A program made the position numbers and the translations under genes. Shown here in pieces: positions 46,176 through 54,511 of a DNA stretch of 64,000 nucleotides. The notes beneath the pieces are model-generated. The model ran no database searches. It saw only the letters and a program-made list of their open reading frames with translations, and was not told the origin of the DNA. Origin of the DNA: Sulfurimonas sp. (GTDB lineage: Bacteria; Campylobacterota; Campylobacteria; Campylobacterales; Sulfurimonadaceae); assembly GCF_018698455.1 (NCBI RefSeq), contig NZ_JABIOQ010000006.1, positions 41,514 to 105,513 of the forward strand. The letters run 5' to 3'. Position 1 is the stretch's first letter. The number at the start of each line of letters is the position of its first letter.

Positions 46176-47090
46176 ATGAAAACACTTACTCTTTTAAATA
46201 TAGCTCAAAGTTTAGAAACATATAAATCTTTACATGCTAAGAATCCATCCTTTGGGATGGATATGTATGATGAAGAGTTTGAGCCTTATGGTTTTGTAAT
46301 TTTACAAAACAATGGTGGAGGGAGGAAGGGTATTCCTATTCGGTGTAGTCACTACACTTTAATTCTTACTTTGAGTGGTGGTTCTTTCCGTCATGTAAAC
46401 CAATTTACTTATGAAATAAAATCACATAGTTTACACTTACTTGTTCCAGGGTCTATACATTCCTTTGAAGATACAAGTGATGATTCACAATCTTTTGTGA
46501 TTTTATTTGATGAGGAATATTTATCTTTGGATGAAAAAAACCTTTTAGCCTTTCATAAGGAGCATCTTCAATTTGTGGATTTACAAGGAATACTTTTTAA
46601 AAGAATCTTAGATATTTACGAACAATTAAACTTAGAATATAAAAATAAAAAGAGCCACTACAAAGAAATAGGACAAACGCTTCTTACCCAAATACTGTAC
46701 TTACTTAAACGTGAAAAACTCTCCAAGCCAAGAATAGAATTTCAAAACAGAGCAGAACAGATAACGAGTGAGTTTTTATGCCTTATAGAAGAACACTTCT
46801 ACAATCTAAAAAGTGTTCAAGAGTATGCTGACATACTTGAACTGACTCCTAAACATTTAAGTGAAACCATTAAAAAAACATTAGATACATCAGTATTATT
46901 TTTGATACACCAAAGAGTTATGAAAGAATTACAATACCTTTTGTCGTATACAAGTATGAGTATAAAGCAAATTATATCTATTCTTAGTTTTGAAAATTCA
47001 TCTGACTTAGGGCGTTTCTTTAAACGCTATGAGGGAGTAAGTCCCAAAGTGTATAGAATGCAAAATACATTAGGAAAAGAGATAGGATGA
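46176..47090 (+). CDS. AraC-family transcriptional regulator
   Basis: N-terminal cupin-like sensor (HYTLILTLSGG...LLVPGSIHSF) and C-terminal double HTH (YADILELTPKHLSETIKK, SSDLGRFFKRYEGVSPKVYR). Starts 3 nt after the lipoprotein stop. Confidence 0.85.
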   Translation: MKTLTLLNIAQSLETYKSLHAKNPSFGMDMYDEEFEPYGFVILQNNGGGRKGIPIRCSHYTLILTLSGGSFRHVNQFTYEIKSHSLHLLVPGSIHSFEDTSDDSQSFVILFDEEYLSLDEKNLLAFHKEHLQFVDLQGILFKRILDIYEQLNLEYKNKKSHYKEIGQTLLTQILYLLKREKLSKPRIEFQNRAEQITSEFLCLIEEHFYNLKSVQEYADILELTPKHLSETIKKTLDTSVLFLIHQRVMKELQYLLSYTSMSIKQIISILSFENSSDLGRFFKRYEGVSPKVYRMQNTLGKEIG

Positions 47091-47281
47091 CAAGAAGAGA
47101 CTTTTTACAAACGACAGCTATTTTCTCAGGAACTTACCTTTTAGCAAAAGATATTAATAGAGATGAAAATATGAGGTATTTTATGCCAAAAGAGAGTGCT
47201 TTACATAAACAAACATGGATAGCATTTGTAGCCAATAAGAATATTTGGCACTCTTACCAAATAGATGAGGAAAATAGATGA
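47087..47281 (+). pseudogene. 5' fragment (64 codons) of a Tat-exported agmatine deiminase / peptidyl-arginine deiminase-family gene
   Basis: Twin-arginine signal MTRRDFLQTTAIFSG, then FMPKESALHKQTWIAF...W, which resembles the family N-terminus MPaEwe.H..tW.aw. The ORF stops where roughly 300 more residues would be expected. Confidence 0.4.
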
Positions 47282-47511
47282 AAATAGAAGTATTAGGAAC
47301 GGGTTGTAAAAAGTGTACAGAACTTGAAAATGTTGTCAAAATGGCAATTGCAAAAAGTGGAAAATTTGTACAGCTTGAAAAAGTAGATGATATTATGAAG
47401 ATAATGGCATACCAAGTGGTAAGTACACCAGGACTTGTCATAGATGGTAAAGTAGTAAGCACTGGCAAAGTTCTTAGTATAGACGAAGTGTTAGTATTAA
47501 TGAACGGCTAA
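47278..47511 (+). CDS. small thioredoxin-fold protein (redox-active disulfide protein 2 type)
   Basis: 77 aa. MKIEVLGTGCKKC (CxxC) and the STPGLVIDGKVV pattern typical of this family. Confidence 0.8.
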   Translation: MKIEVLGTGCKKCTELENVVKMAIAKSGKFVQLEKVDDIMKIMAYQVVSTPGLVIDGKVVSTGKVLSIDEVLVLMNG

Positions 47512-47521
47512 AGTATTGTAA

Positions 47522-47869
47522 GAGACTATCTTAGCCCCTTTAGAGAGTAATTCACTTTTAGCATTCCTTGGTGCGTTTGGAGCGGGAAGCATCACAGCTA
47601 TCGCACCCTGCTCTCTTGTGTCAGTTCCATTACTAGTTGGGACTTCCGTAGCTTTAAATAAAGACTTAGAAGGGAAGAAAAAAGCATTATACATCTATGC
47701 ATTTGCAACACTTTTTGCATTAGGGGTAATGATAAGTTTTTCAATTTTAGGTTTTATCGTTGCAAAGTTTGGGGGATTTTTCTCCATTGCTCCAATGTCC
47801 GCATATATCAAAGTATCATGTCTACAAAAGATACACCATCCATTCCTGCTAGCTCCACTGAGGAGATAA
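47522..47869 (+). pseudogene. truncated CcdA/DsbD-type thiol-disulfide transporter gene with no canonical start codon
   Basis: The frame open from 47522 reads ...LLAFLGAFGAGSITAIAPCSLVSVPLLVG... (CcdA-like TM1 with conserved Cys and Pro). The only start-like codon is GTG at 47618, downstream of that motif. After about 95 residues the frame runs into antisense of the neighbouring gene; full-length proteins of this family are roughly twice that long, from memory. Confidence 0.45.
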
Positions 47870-48020
47870 TTAAATCGACTCCTGAATCTTCTATATATTC
47901 TAGTGCTTCATTACTATTTTCAAAACTTTGAATATTGTGACTATCTATGTTTATATCGTTTAATAATTCTTCTACTTTTATACGAGCAGTTTCACTAGCA
48001 TCTAAAATGATTATATTCAA
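47808..48020 (-). pseudogene. truncated, degenerate response-regulator receiver gene (N-terminal 70 codons only)
   Basis: MNIIILDAS...DLIISSVELAGMDGVSFVDMIL then stop. This is about 60% of a receiver domain, and the expected phospho-acceptor Asp position reads Ser (LIISS). Confidence 0.5.
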
Positions 48021-48198
48021 AACTAGTCCTTATTTTAATACTTCATTTTAGCTCAAGAAATATTTATTCTATCTTTGTAATATACTCTAGTTTATATATT
48101 CAGTCATTAATTGTATATATCTGACTGTTATATGGACACCTAGAGCTATGCAACATTTAGATATCATTCGTGTACAAATCAAACTAGGATATATTATC

Positions 48199-49815
48199 AT
48201 GAATCTACTATCTAAAAATGCACCCTTAGAAGAGTCAATTAAAACAATGAAAGCAGTTTTAGATGATGTTGGATGTAAAACAAATTTTTCTTTCGAGAAA
48301 CATCCTCTTGATAATTGCTACTCCGTAAACCTTAGCTCAGTTGAAGCACCCCGCCACATATACTCAAATGGTAAAGGTATCGTCTCAGATGCATCTGTTG
48401 CAAGTGCTTTAGGTGAATACATTGAGAGACTACAAACAAATAATTTTTTCATAGACTTTTATTTACCTAACAGAAAGTATTACCCTGATGAAATTGCTTT
48501 TGAGTTCGGAGGTGAATACCTCAACGATGAACTCTTTAAAATTTATAATCCCTCGAAGGAGCTAAACCCTGAAGATTTAGTTGATTATAATAGCGATTAC
48601 GAAGACAAAGTAGTCGCACTTCCTTTTATAAAACAATCTAATAATGAAAAAACATACATACCTATTAATATACTTAGTAATCTATATGTTAGTAATGGTT
48701 TAGCAACAGGTAACACTGCGTTAGAAGCAAAAGTTCAAGCCTTAAGTGAAATTTTTGAACGCTACTCGAAGATAGAAATCATTAAAAATGGATATGCTCT
48801 TCCTAAGTTCCCCGAGGAATTACTACAATCTTTTACTAGACTCAATAAAGATGTAGTAAAACTTAGAGAACTCGGATATATTATAGAAGTATTAGATGCT
48901 TCACTTGGTGGAAAATTTCCTGTTACTGCCATTTCTCTTATAAACCCTAAAACCTCAACACTATTTGTCTCCTTTGGAGCACATCCTATTTTAGAAGTTT
49001 CTTTAGAGAGAACTATGACAGAACTCATGCAAGGTCGCTCATTAGATGACTTAGATGGCTTTGCTGTACCTACATTTGACATGAGTTTGGTTTCAGACAG
49101 TTTTAACCTTGAGTCTCACTTTATAGACTCTAATGGAAAGTTAGGTTTTGGATTTTTAAGTTCTAAAAAAAGCTTTGAGTACTCTGCCTGTGACTACCAT
49201 GGTAAAAAAAGTGAAGATGAGTACAACTACCTTACAGATATACTTAAAAGTATGGACAAAGAGATGTATCTCAGAGAGTATGACTACCTTGATTTTTACT
49301 CATGCCAGATGATAGTTCCAAGTGTATCTGAAGTCTATCCTATCGAAGATATGATTTATAACAACAAAAACAACGGAAAACTCATAAGAGATATGGTTTT
49401 AAACTTTAAAGATTATGACCCAGAAGATATTTTGATAAATATAGAATCTCTTGAAGAATCTTTAAATATTGAAAAATATATCGGTGTTATATTTAAAAAT
49501 AATTTTAATATGGGTGAGTTTAAAGCACATGTACTTTTAATGCTCAAAGATTTTGACGAGGCTCTTGAGCTTTTAGAATATGGAAGCAATCAACTCGGAC
49601 ACATTATAGTTGAACTTGCTCGGATGGAAAGTTTAGAGAAAGATTTAGGAGAATATGAAGAAGGACTTAACAATGTTTTCACAGAAGAAAAAGTGCAAAA
49701 AGCACTTAGAATTTTAGATGGAGATGACTTTTTAATAGATGTCACACTTCATCAAGACTATGAAAATATGCTTGAAATGTATGACAAACTAGAAATTAAA
49801 AAGACATTTTCTTAA
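48199..49815 (+). CDS. ycaO: YcaO-family protein of the E. coli YcaO type
   Basis: LEESIKTMKAVLDD..., then SNGKGIVSDASVASALGEYIERLQTNNFFIDFYLP, closely parallels the E. coli YcaO N-terminus as I recall it. ~540 aa. I place the start at MNLLSKN (48199) rather than the track start at 48148. Confidence 0.8.
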   Translation: MNLLSKNAPLEESIKTMKAVLDDVGCKTNFSFEKHPLDNCYSVNLSSVEAPRHIYSNGKGIVSDASVASALGEYIERLQTNNFFIDFYLPNRKYYPDEIAFEFGGEYLNDELFKIYNPSKELNPEDLVDYNSDYEDKVVALPFIKQSNNEKTYIPINILSNLYVSNGLATGNTALEAKVQALSEIFERYSKIEIIKNGYALPKFPEELLQSFTRLNKDVVKLRELGYIIEVLDASLGGKFPVTAISLINPKTSTLFVSFGAHPILEVSLERTMTELMQGRSLDDLDGFAVPTFDMSLVSDSFNLESHFIDSNGKLGFGFLSSKKSFEYSACDYHGKKSEDEYNYLTDILKSMDKEMYLREYDYLDFYSCQMIVPSVSEVYPIEDMIYNNKNNGKLIRDMVLNFKDYDPEDILINIESLEESLNIEKYIGVIFKNNFNMGEFKAHVLLMLKDFDEALELLEYGSNQLGHIIVELARMESLEKDLGEYEEGLNNVFTEEKVQKALRILDGDDFLIDVTLHQDYENMLEMYDKLEIKKTFS

Positions 49816-50152
49816 AGTCATTTACACCTTTTTGAGTGAGTACAAGAGTAAGACCGTCTTCTTGTACCTCTACATATCCATCTTTGTTAAGCTCACGTAT
49901 TGCTATTTCTAGTGAGTTTTCTTGTTTTGAATTCAGTTGAGTGATAATATTTCTAACAATATCTTGCTTACTCATCACATAACCAACTCTATTGTGATTT
50001 TTAAACCAGTTACTAAACATCTGTTTTACCTGATTTTTGTAATTCACTTCTCCGTTGCTTTTTGGAGGAGCTTTTCTTTGTTTATTGTGAGGAGTTTTAG
50101 CTTCACTTGGTTTATCTGATGCTTTATAATTTTTTTTAGGAGAGGGTTTCAT
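49796..50152 (-). CDS. hypothetical protein with a basic, Pro/Lys-rich N-terminus
   Basis: 118 aa. The 3' end overlaps the ycaO 3' end by 20 nt (convergent). The C-terminal half could be a small winged-helix-like domain, which is speculative. Confidence 0.4.
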   Translation of the reverse strand: MKPSPKKNYKASDKPSEAKTPHNKQRKAPPKSNGEVNYKNQVKQMFSNWFKNHNRVGYVMSKQDIVRNIITQLNSKQENSLEIAIRELNKDGYVEVQEDGLTLVLTQKGVNDFKKMSF

Positions 50153-50311
50153 CTTGCACCTTTAAATTGTACTATATTTTTAATTTCGGCATTATCCCAT
50201 AATCTTACTTAATAGAGAAGATTTAAAAGCCTCTAAATAGTGGATAATCATAATTTATCATCAGGTATCTTATCATTTTTAGTATAATGTTTTAAAAATA
50301 TTGGAAATATA

Positions 50312-50569
50312 ATGAACGAGATCAAACTATCAGTAGATGATAAAAACTTAGAAGTAGTACTAACTTTACTAAATAACTTAAAAGATGGATTAATTACAAA
50401 TATCCAAACAAATACTAAATCTTTTAAAAAACGTACTACACAATACCAACCAAAGACAAATACTATCATCAGGGAAGAGGATTCTGGGACTAATGATAGT
50501 AGTGGTAAATATATCAATCCAGCATCATATAGACACAAAATACGAAATAAAACACCAAAAGCACACTAA
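50312..50569 (+). CDS. hypothetical small basic protein
   Basis: 85 aa. Upstream TAGTATAAT -10-like box. No motif recognised. Confidence 0.35.
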   Translation: MNEIKLSVDDKNLEVVLTLLNNLKDGLITNIQTNTKSFKKRTTQYQPKTNTIIREEDSGTNDSSGKYINPASYRHKIRNKTPKAH

Positions 50570-50605
50570 GAACACAAATATTTTGGTCTTTATATTTTAT
50601 TTAGC

Positions 50606-50755
50606 TATACTGTGATTAATAAAAGATGATTTAAGTTCCATCTTTCGTTTGCTTTATATTGATGACTTCTTGTTAACAGTACAGACACCTTAAGAAAAGC
50701 TTTACATTAGATTTTAAAAATGCAGCAATTTGCTGTACTCAAACAAGGAATTACA
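50606..50755 (+). promoter_or_regulatory. putative csp promoter (TATACT at 50606-50611) and long 5' leader of about 140 nt
   Basis: -10-like TATACT. The leader contains the hairpin GCAGCA-att-TGCTGT just before the RBS AAGGAA (50745-50750). Long structured leaders are typical of cold-shock genes. Confidence 0.35.
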
Positions 50756-50974
50756 ATGGCAACATTATCAAACGGAACAGTTAAATGGTTCAACAGCGAA
50801 AAAGGTTTCGGTTTTATCGAACCAGAAGATGGCAGTAAAGATGTATTTGTACACTTTCGTCAAGTAAACAGCAATGGTCACGAACGTGTATCACTAGACG
50901 AAGGTCAAAAAGTGACTTTCGAAGTTGGTCAAGGTGACAAAGGTCCACAAGCAGAAAACGTTACAGGTCTGTAA
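50756..50974 (+). CDS. cold-shock protein (CspA family)
   Basis: [15 protein letters not shown] (RNP1) and VFVHF (RNP2). 72 aa from the ATG at 50756, which has a good RBS. The track start at 50720 is an upstream extension. Confidence 0.95.
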   Translation: MATLSNGTVKWFNSEKGFGFIEPEDGSKDVFVHFRQVNSNGHERVSLDEGQKVTFEVGQGDKGPQAENVTGL

Positions 50975-50983
50975 TTTTTATTT

Positions 50984-51004
50984 CAAGTAGCTTTTTGCTA
51001 CTTG
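50984..51004 (+). terminator. hairpin downstream of csp
   Basis: CAAGTAGC-ttttt-GCTACTTG: 8-bp perfect stem, no trailing T-run. Confidence 0.5.
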
Positions 51005-51037
51005 ACTGTCTCTCTCAAATATCGATATGATGTCATT

Positions 51038-51304
51038 ATGAAAATGATCTCACTCACACTTTTAACCCTCCTAACAACAACTTTACTTTCAGATAAAAAC
51101 TGGATTCAAATCGAACCCCTAAATAAAACTCAAACAGCTCCACAAAAAACTAAACACGACATCAACCTATCTAAAATACTACCTATAAATAATATGATGC
51201 AAAAAGCTTCAATTATTAAACAACTTATAGATGCAACAAGCACAAAGAAAAAAGAACCTACAAATAATAAAAATTGGATTGCATTAAATAAGGATAATCA
51301 ATGA
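51038..51304 (+). CDS. small secreted or membrane-anchored protein
   Basis: MKMISLTLLTLLTTTLLS signal-like N-terminus, then a Lys/Asn/Thr/Gln-rich region. I place the start at 51038, because the track start at 51002 lies inside the csp terminator hairpin. The stop overlaps the next ATG (ATGA). Confidence 0.4.
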   Translation: MKMISLTLLTLLTTTLLSDKNWIQIEPLNKTQTAPQKTKHDINLSKILPINNMMQKASIIKQLIDATSTKKKEPTNNKNWIALNKDNQ

Positions 51305-51819
51305 TAATACTAGACTTTGAGACCAACTCATCTAATGTTCATGATGTCATAGAAGTGGCTGCTTTTCGTGTCCAACTCGTAAATGATGAATATAAAATCC
51401 TAGATACCTTTCATCGTTACTATTTTTCAGAGTATGAAGTAAATCCTCATGCACTCGCTGTACATAAACTCTCTCCAGAGAGACTAGCAAGACTAAGAAA
51501 AGATGTGGATTATGTAGAATATTTTGAAGAAGACAGAGACTTTGTAGAATTTTGCAAAAATGCCACAACCTTAGTTGCTCACAATATATCATTTGAATTA
51601 AGACATATTGGAGATTTGGTCTCCTTTGACAATCATTTTTGTACGATGAAAGAGAATAAAAAGATCGTTAAAGCCACTAACGTTAAAGGTAATCTAAAAA
51701 ACCCTAAACTTATTGAAACTTGTGCATATTATAATATTGACTTTGATGATGAACAGTACCACAGTGCTATATATGATACCACTAAAACACTAGAGATTCT
51801 AAATATGATGCCTAAGTAG
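51301..51819 (+). CDS. DEDDh-type 3'-5' exonuclease (DnaQ/epsilon-like domain)
   Basis: Exo I ILDFETN, Exo II-like VAHNISFE and Exo III HSAIYDT. 172 aa, single domain. Confidence 0.75.
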   Translation: MIILDFETNSSNVHDVIEVAAFRVQLVNDEYKILDTFHRYYFSEYEVNPHALAVHKLSPERLARLRKDVDYVEYFEEDRDFVEFCKNATTLVAHNISFELRHIGDLVSFDNHFCTMKENKKIVKATNVKGNLKNPKLIETCAYYNIDFDDEQYHSAIYDTTKTLEILNMMPK

Positions 51820-51820
51820 T

Positions 51821-52297
51821 TTACTCTCTCAAAGTTGCTATGAGACGTTTTGTATTTAAAAATAGCTCTAATGCATCATTTATAGATTTACAAATCAAGT
51901 CACTTTTCATCATGCTTTTCGTACTACAACCCTCATCTCCAATAATAGAAATTCCAATTTCTGCCAATTCTATCATTTGCATATCATTGTTTCCATTTCC
52001 AATTGCCGCACAATTTGTTGCATTTAAACTTTGAACATAATTTGCTTTTTCAAGAGTATGATTGTCGCTTTTAAGTGTTTTAACACAAACATCAAAACCT
52101 TTTAGCTCTCTATTTACACTTCCAAATGTATCTGCTGTTATCACATGCACTTTGAATCTAGTTGTTAATTTCGGCAAGATTATCTTTACTTCATCTTTTA
52201 AAATACCATCTTTAGCTATTGTCCCATTGTAATCCAGAACGATATGAATAAGTTTAATCGTCTTATAATTAGGTATCTCTATTATTGTCTCTTGCAT
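51821..52297 (-). CDS. HAD-superfamily hydrolase (small, soluble P-type-ATPase-like subgroup)
   Basis: LDYNGTIA (DxxGT-type motif I), ITADT and GNGNNDMQM. I place the start at MQETIIE (52297); the track extension to 52348 overlaps the selD region. Confidence 0.65.
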   Translation of the reverse strand: MQETIIEIPNYKTIKLIHIVLDYNGTIAKDGILKDEVKIILPKLTTRFKVHVITADTFGSVNRELKGFDVCVKTLKSDNHTLEKANYVQSLNATNCAAIGNGNNDMQMIELAEIGISIIGDEGCSTKSMMKSDLICKSINDALELFLNTKRLIATLRE

Positions 52298-52363
52298 TGT
52301 TGCCCTTCTTAAACTCAATTGAGATAAAATATGAAAAATAACTCTCATTGGACATTATACATT

Positions 52364-53395
52364 ATGAAAGACGTAAAATTAACACAATATAGTCATGGTG
52401 CAGGCTGTGGTTGTAAAATATCACCTAAACTTCTCGACAGTATTTTAAAAAGCTCGAGAGAAACTATTGTTTATCCTGAGTTATTAGTTGGAAACTCTAC
52501 AAAAGATGATGCCGCTGCGTTTGACTTAGGAAATGGTACTTCTGTTTTAAGTACTACAGATTTTTTCATGCCAATTGTTGATGATCCTTTTACATTTGGA
52601 AGAATTGCTGCGACAAACGCCATCAGTGATATTTATGCCATGGGTGGAAATCCTCTTATGGCAATTGCTATTTTTGGCTGGCCTGTTGATAAGCTTGATG
52701 CTGATGTAGCTCGTGAAGTCATAGATGGTGGTCGCTCAGTTTGTGAAGAAGCTGGAATCCCCTTGGCTGGAGGACATAGTATTGACTCACCTGAACCAAT
52801 ATTTGGTCTTGCTGTAACAGGAATGGCTGATAACAAGCACCTTAAACGCAACAATACTGCCCAGGTGGATAGTGAAATATTTCTTACAAAACCTATTGGA
52901 ATTGGTATTTTAACAACTGCCCAAAAACAAGGGAAAATTGAGGAAGATGACATTAACATTGCCATTGATGCAATGTGCCAACTTAATAAAATTGGTGCAG
53001 AAATTTCTAAACTTGAAGGAGTTAGTGCCATAACTGATGTAACTGGATTTGGACTACTCGGACATTTAAGTGAAATTTGCGAAGGGAGTGACATAAGTGC
53101 AAAAATTATTTACGAATCTGTACCACTTCTTAAAAATGTAAAAAAATATTTAGATATGGGTTGTGTACCTGGTGGAACTCGTCGTAATTTTGACAGTTAC
53201 GGACACAAAATTTCAAGTATGACTTTAGAGCAAGAAAATATTTTATGTGATGCACAAACATCTGGTGGACTTTTATGTGTTGTAAGTAAAGATACAGTCA
53301 AAGAATTTTTAGAACTTACAAAAGAAGCAGGCTTGGATTTAACTCCAATTGGAACAACTCATAAACGCGGTGAATTTTTTATAGAGGTCGCTTAA
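52364..53395 (+). CDS. selD: selenide, water dikinase (Cys-type SelD)
   Basis: [12 protein letters not shown] active-site loop (Cys, not a TGA-encoded Sec) and the GGHSIDS and [10 protein letters not shown] motifs. Start at [10 protein letters not shown] (52364). Confidence 0.9.
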   Translation: MKDVKLTQYSHGAGCGCKISPKLLDSILKSSRETIVYPELLVGNSTKDDAAAFDLGNGTSVLSTTDFFMPIVDDPFTFGRIAATNAISDIYAMGGNPLMAIAIFGWPVDKLDADVAREVIDGGRSVCEEAGIPLAGGHSIDSPEPIFGLAVTGMADNKHLKRNNTAQVDSEIFLTKPIGIGILTTAQKQGKIEEDDINIAIDAMCQLNKIGAEISKLEGVSAITDVTGFGLLGHLSEICEGSDISAKIIYESVPLLKNVKKYLDMGCVPGGTRRNFDSYGHKISSMTLEQENILCDAQTSGGLLCVVSKDTVKEFLELTKEAGLDLTPIGTTHKRGEFFIEVA

Positions 53396-53396
53396 T

Positions 53397-54485
53397 TTGT
53401 CTCTCTTAACAGATGATTTTCGTTCTATTGTTATAAATAACACTCCTTTACTTGATGTTCGTGCACCAGTTGAATTTACTCAAGGCTCATTTGTAAATGC
53501 AGTAAATTTCCCTATATTAACCGATAAAGAGAGAGAACTTGTCGGTATAAGATATAAAGCAAATGGAAACGCTGCTGCTATGGTCCTAGCCGAAGAGCTC
53601 ATAAAGCAAACAGGTAAGCAAGAGAGAGTACTTCAATGGAGGGCATTCATAAAAGAGAACCCTTCTGCCCTTTTGTACTGCTTTAGAGGTGGACAGCGTT
53701 CAGGTATCGCTCAAGCTTGGTTAGAAGAAGAAGGTATTGCCATAACTAGGCTCAATGGTGGATACAAAAAATTTCGTAATTTTCTTATGGAAGAGTCCGA
53801 GAGAATCAGCTCTAAACTAGACACTATCATCATCGGTGGAAGAACTGGTTCTGGTAAAACTATACTTCTTTTAGAAGTTGAAAATATGATTGATCTCGAA
53901 GGATTAGCAAACCATAGAGGTTCTTCTTTTGGAAATTTTGCTCTCTCTCAACCTGCACAAATTGATTTTGAAAATAATTTAGCCTATAAGCTCATACAGT
54001 TTGAAGAAAAAGGTTTTTCTAAACTTGTTATTGAACATGAGAGCCACCATATTGGAAGAGCTTTTATACCTAAACCAGTATTTCACAACTTGATGGCTGG
54101 CAATCTTGTTATTTTAGAAACACCAATGGATGTAAGAGTAGATATAACTCACAATGAATATGTTACAGAGGCAATTAACTCATATACCAAAATGTATGGT
54201 GATGATGGCTTTAAAGAGTGGAGTGATGATGTTAACAAGAGTTTGGAGAAAATCAAAAAAAGATTGGGGAGTGAACTTCATATCGAATTAAAAAAAATGT
54301 TTGATGAAGCTAATCAACAGTATTTACTAAATAGAGATATTGTACTTTATAAAAAGTGGATAGAAAAACTTTTAGTAAACTATTATGATCCGATGTACGA
54401 TTACCAGATCAAACAAACTGCCATTCCAATCGTTTTTAGAGGGAATGAAAAAGAAGTTCTAGCCTATATAAAATCTCAAGACTAA
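53397..54485 (+). CDS. selU: tRNA 2-selenouridine synthase
   Basis: N-terminal rhodanese domain with CFRGGQRS and the P-loop GGRTGSGKT. 362 aa. TTG start 1 nt after the selD stop. Confidence 0.9.
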   Translation: MSLLTDDFRSIVINNTPLLDVRAPVEFTQGSFVNAVNFPILTDKERELVGIRYKANGNAAAMVLAEELIKQTGKQERVLQWRAFIKENPSALLYCFRGGQRSGIAQAWLEEEGIAITRLNGGYKKFRNFLMEESERISSKLDTIIIGGRTGSGKTILLLEVENMIDLEGLANHRGSSFGNFALSQPAQIDFENNLAYKLIQFEEKGFSKLVIEHESHHIGRAFIPKPVFHNLMAGNLVILETPMDVRVDITHNEYVTEAINSYTKMYGDDGFKEWSDDVNKSLEKIKKRLGSELHIELKKMFDEANQQYLLNRDIVLYKKWIEKLLVNYYDPMYDYQIKQTAIPIVFRGNEKEVLAYIKSQD

Positions 54486-54511
54486 AAAGTAGTGAGTTTT
54501 ATATAAAAAAT

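Noticed and set aside
47181-47468. 95-aa minus-strand ORF, and the 47497-47694 minus-strand ORF
   Set aside because: They are antisense to the intact CxxC thioredoxin-fold gene and to the CcdA-like fragment, whose plus-strand frames carry recognisable motifs.
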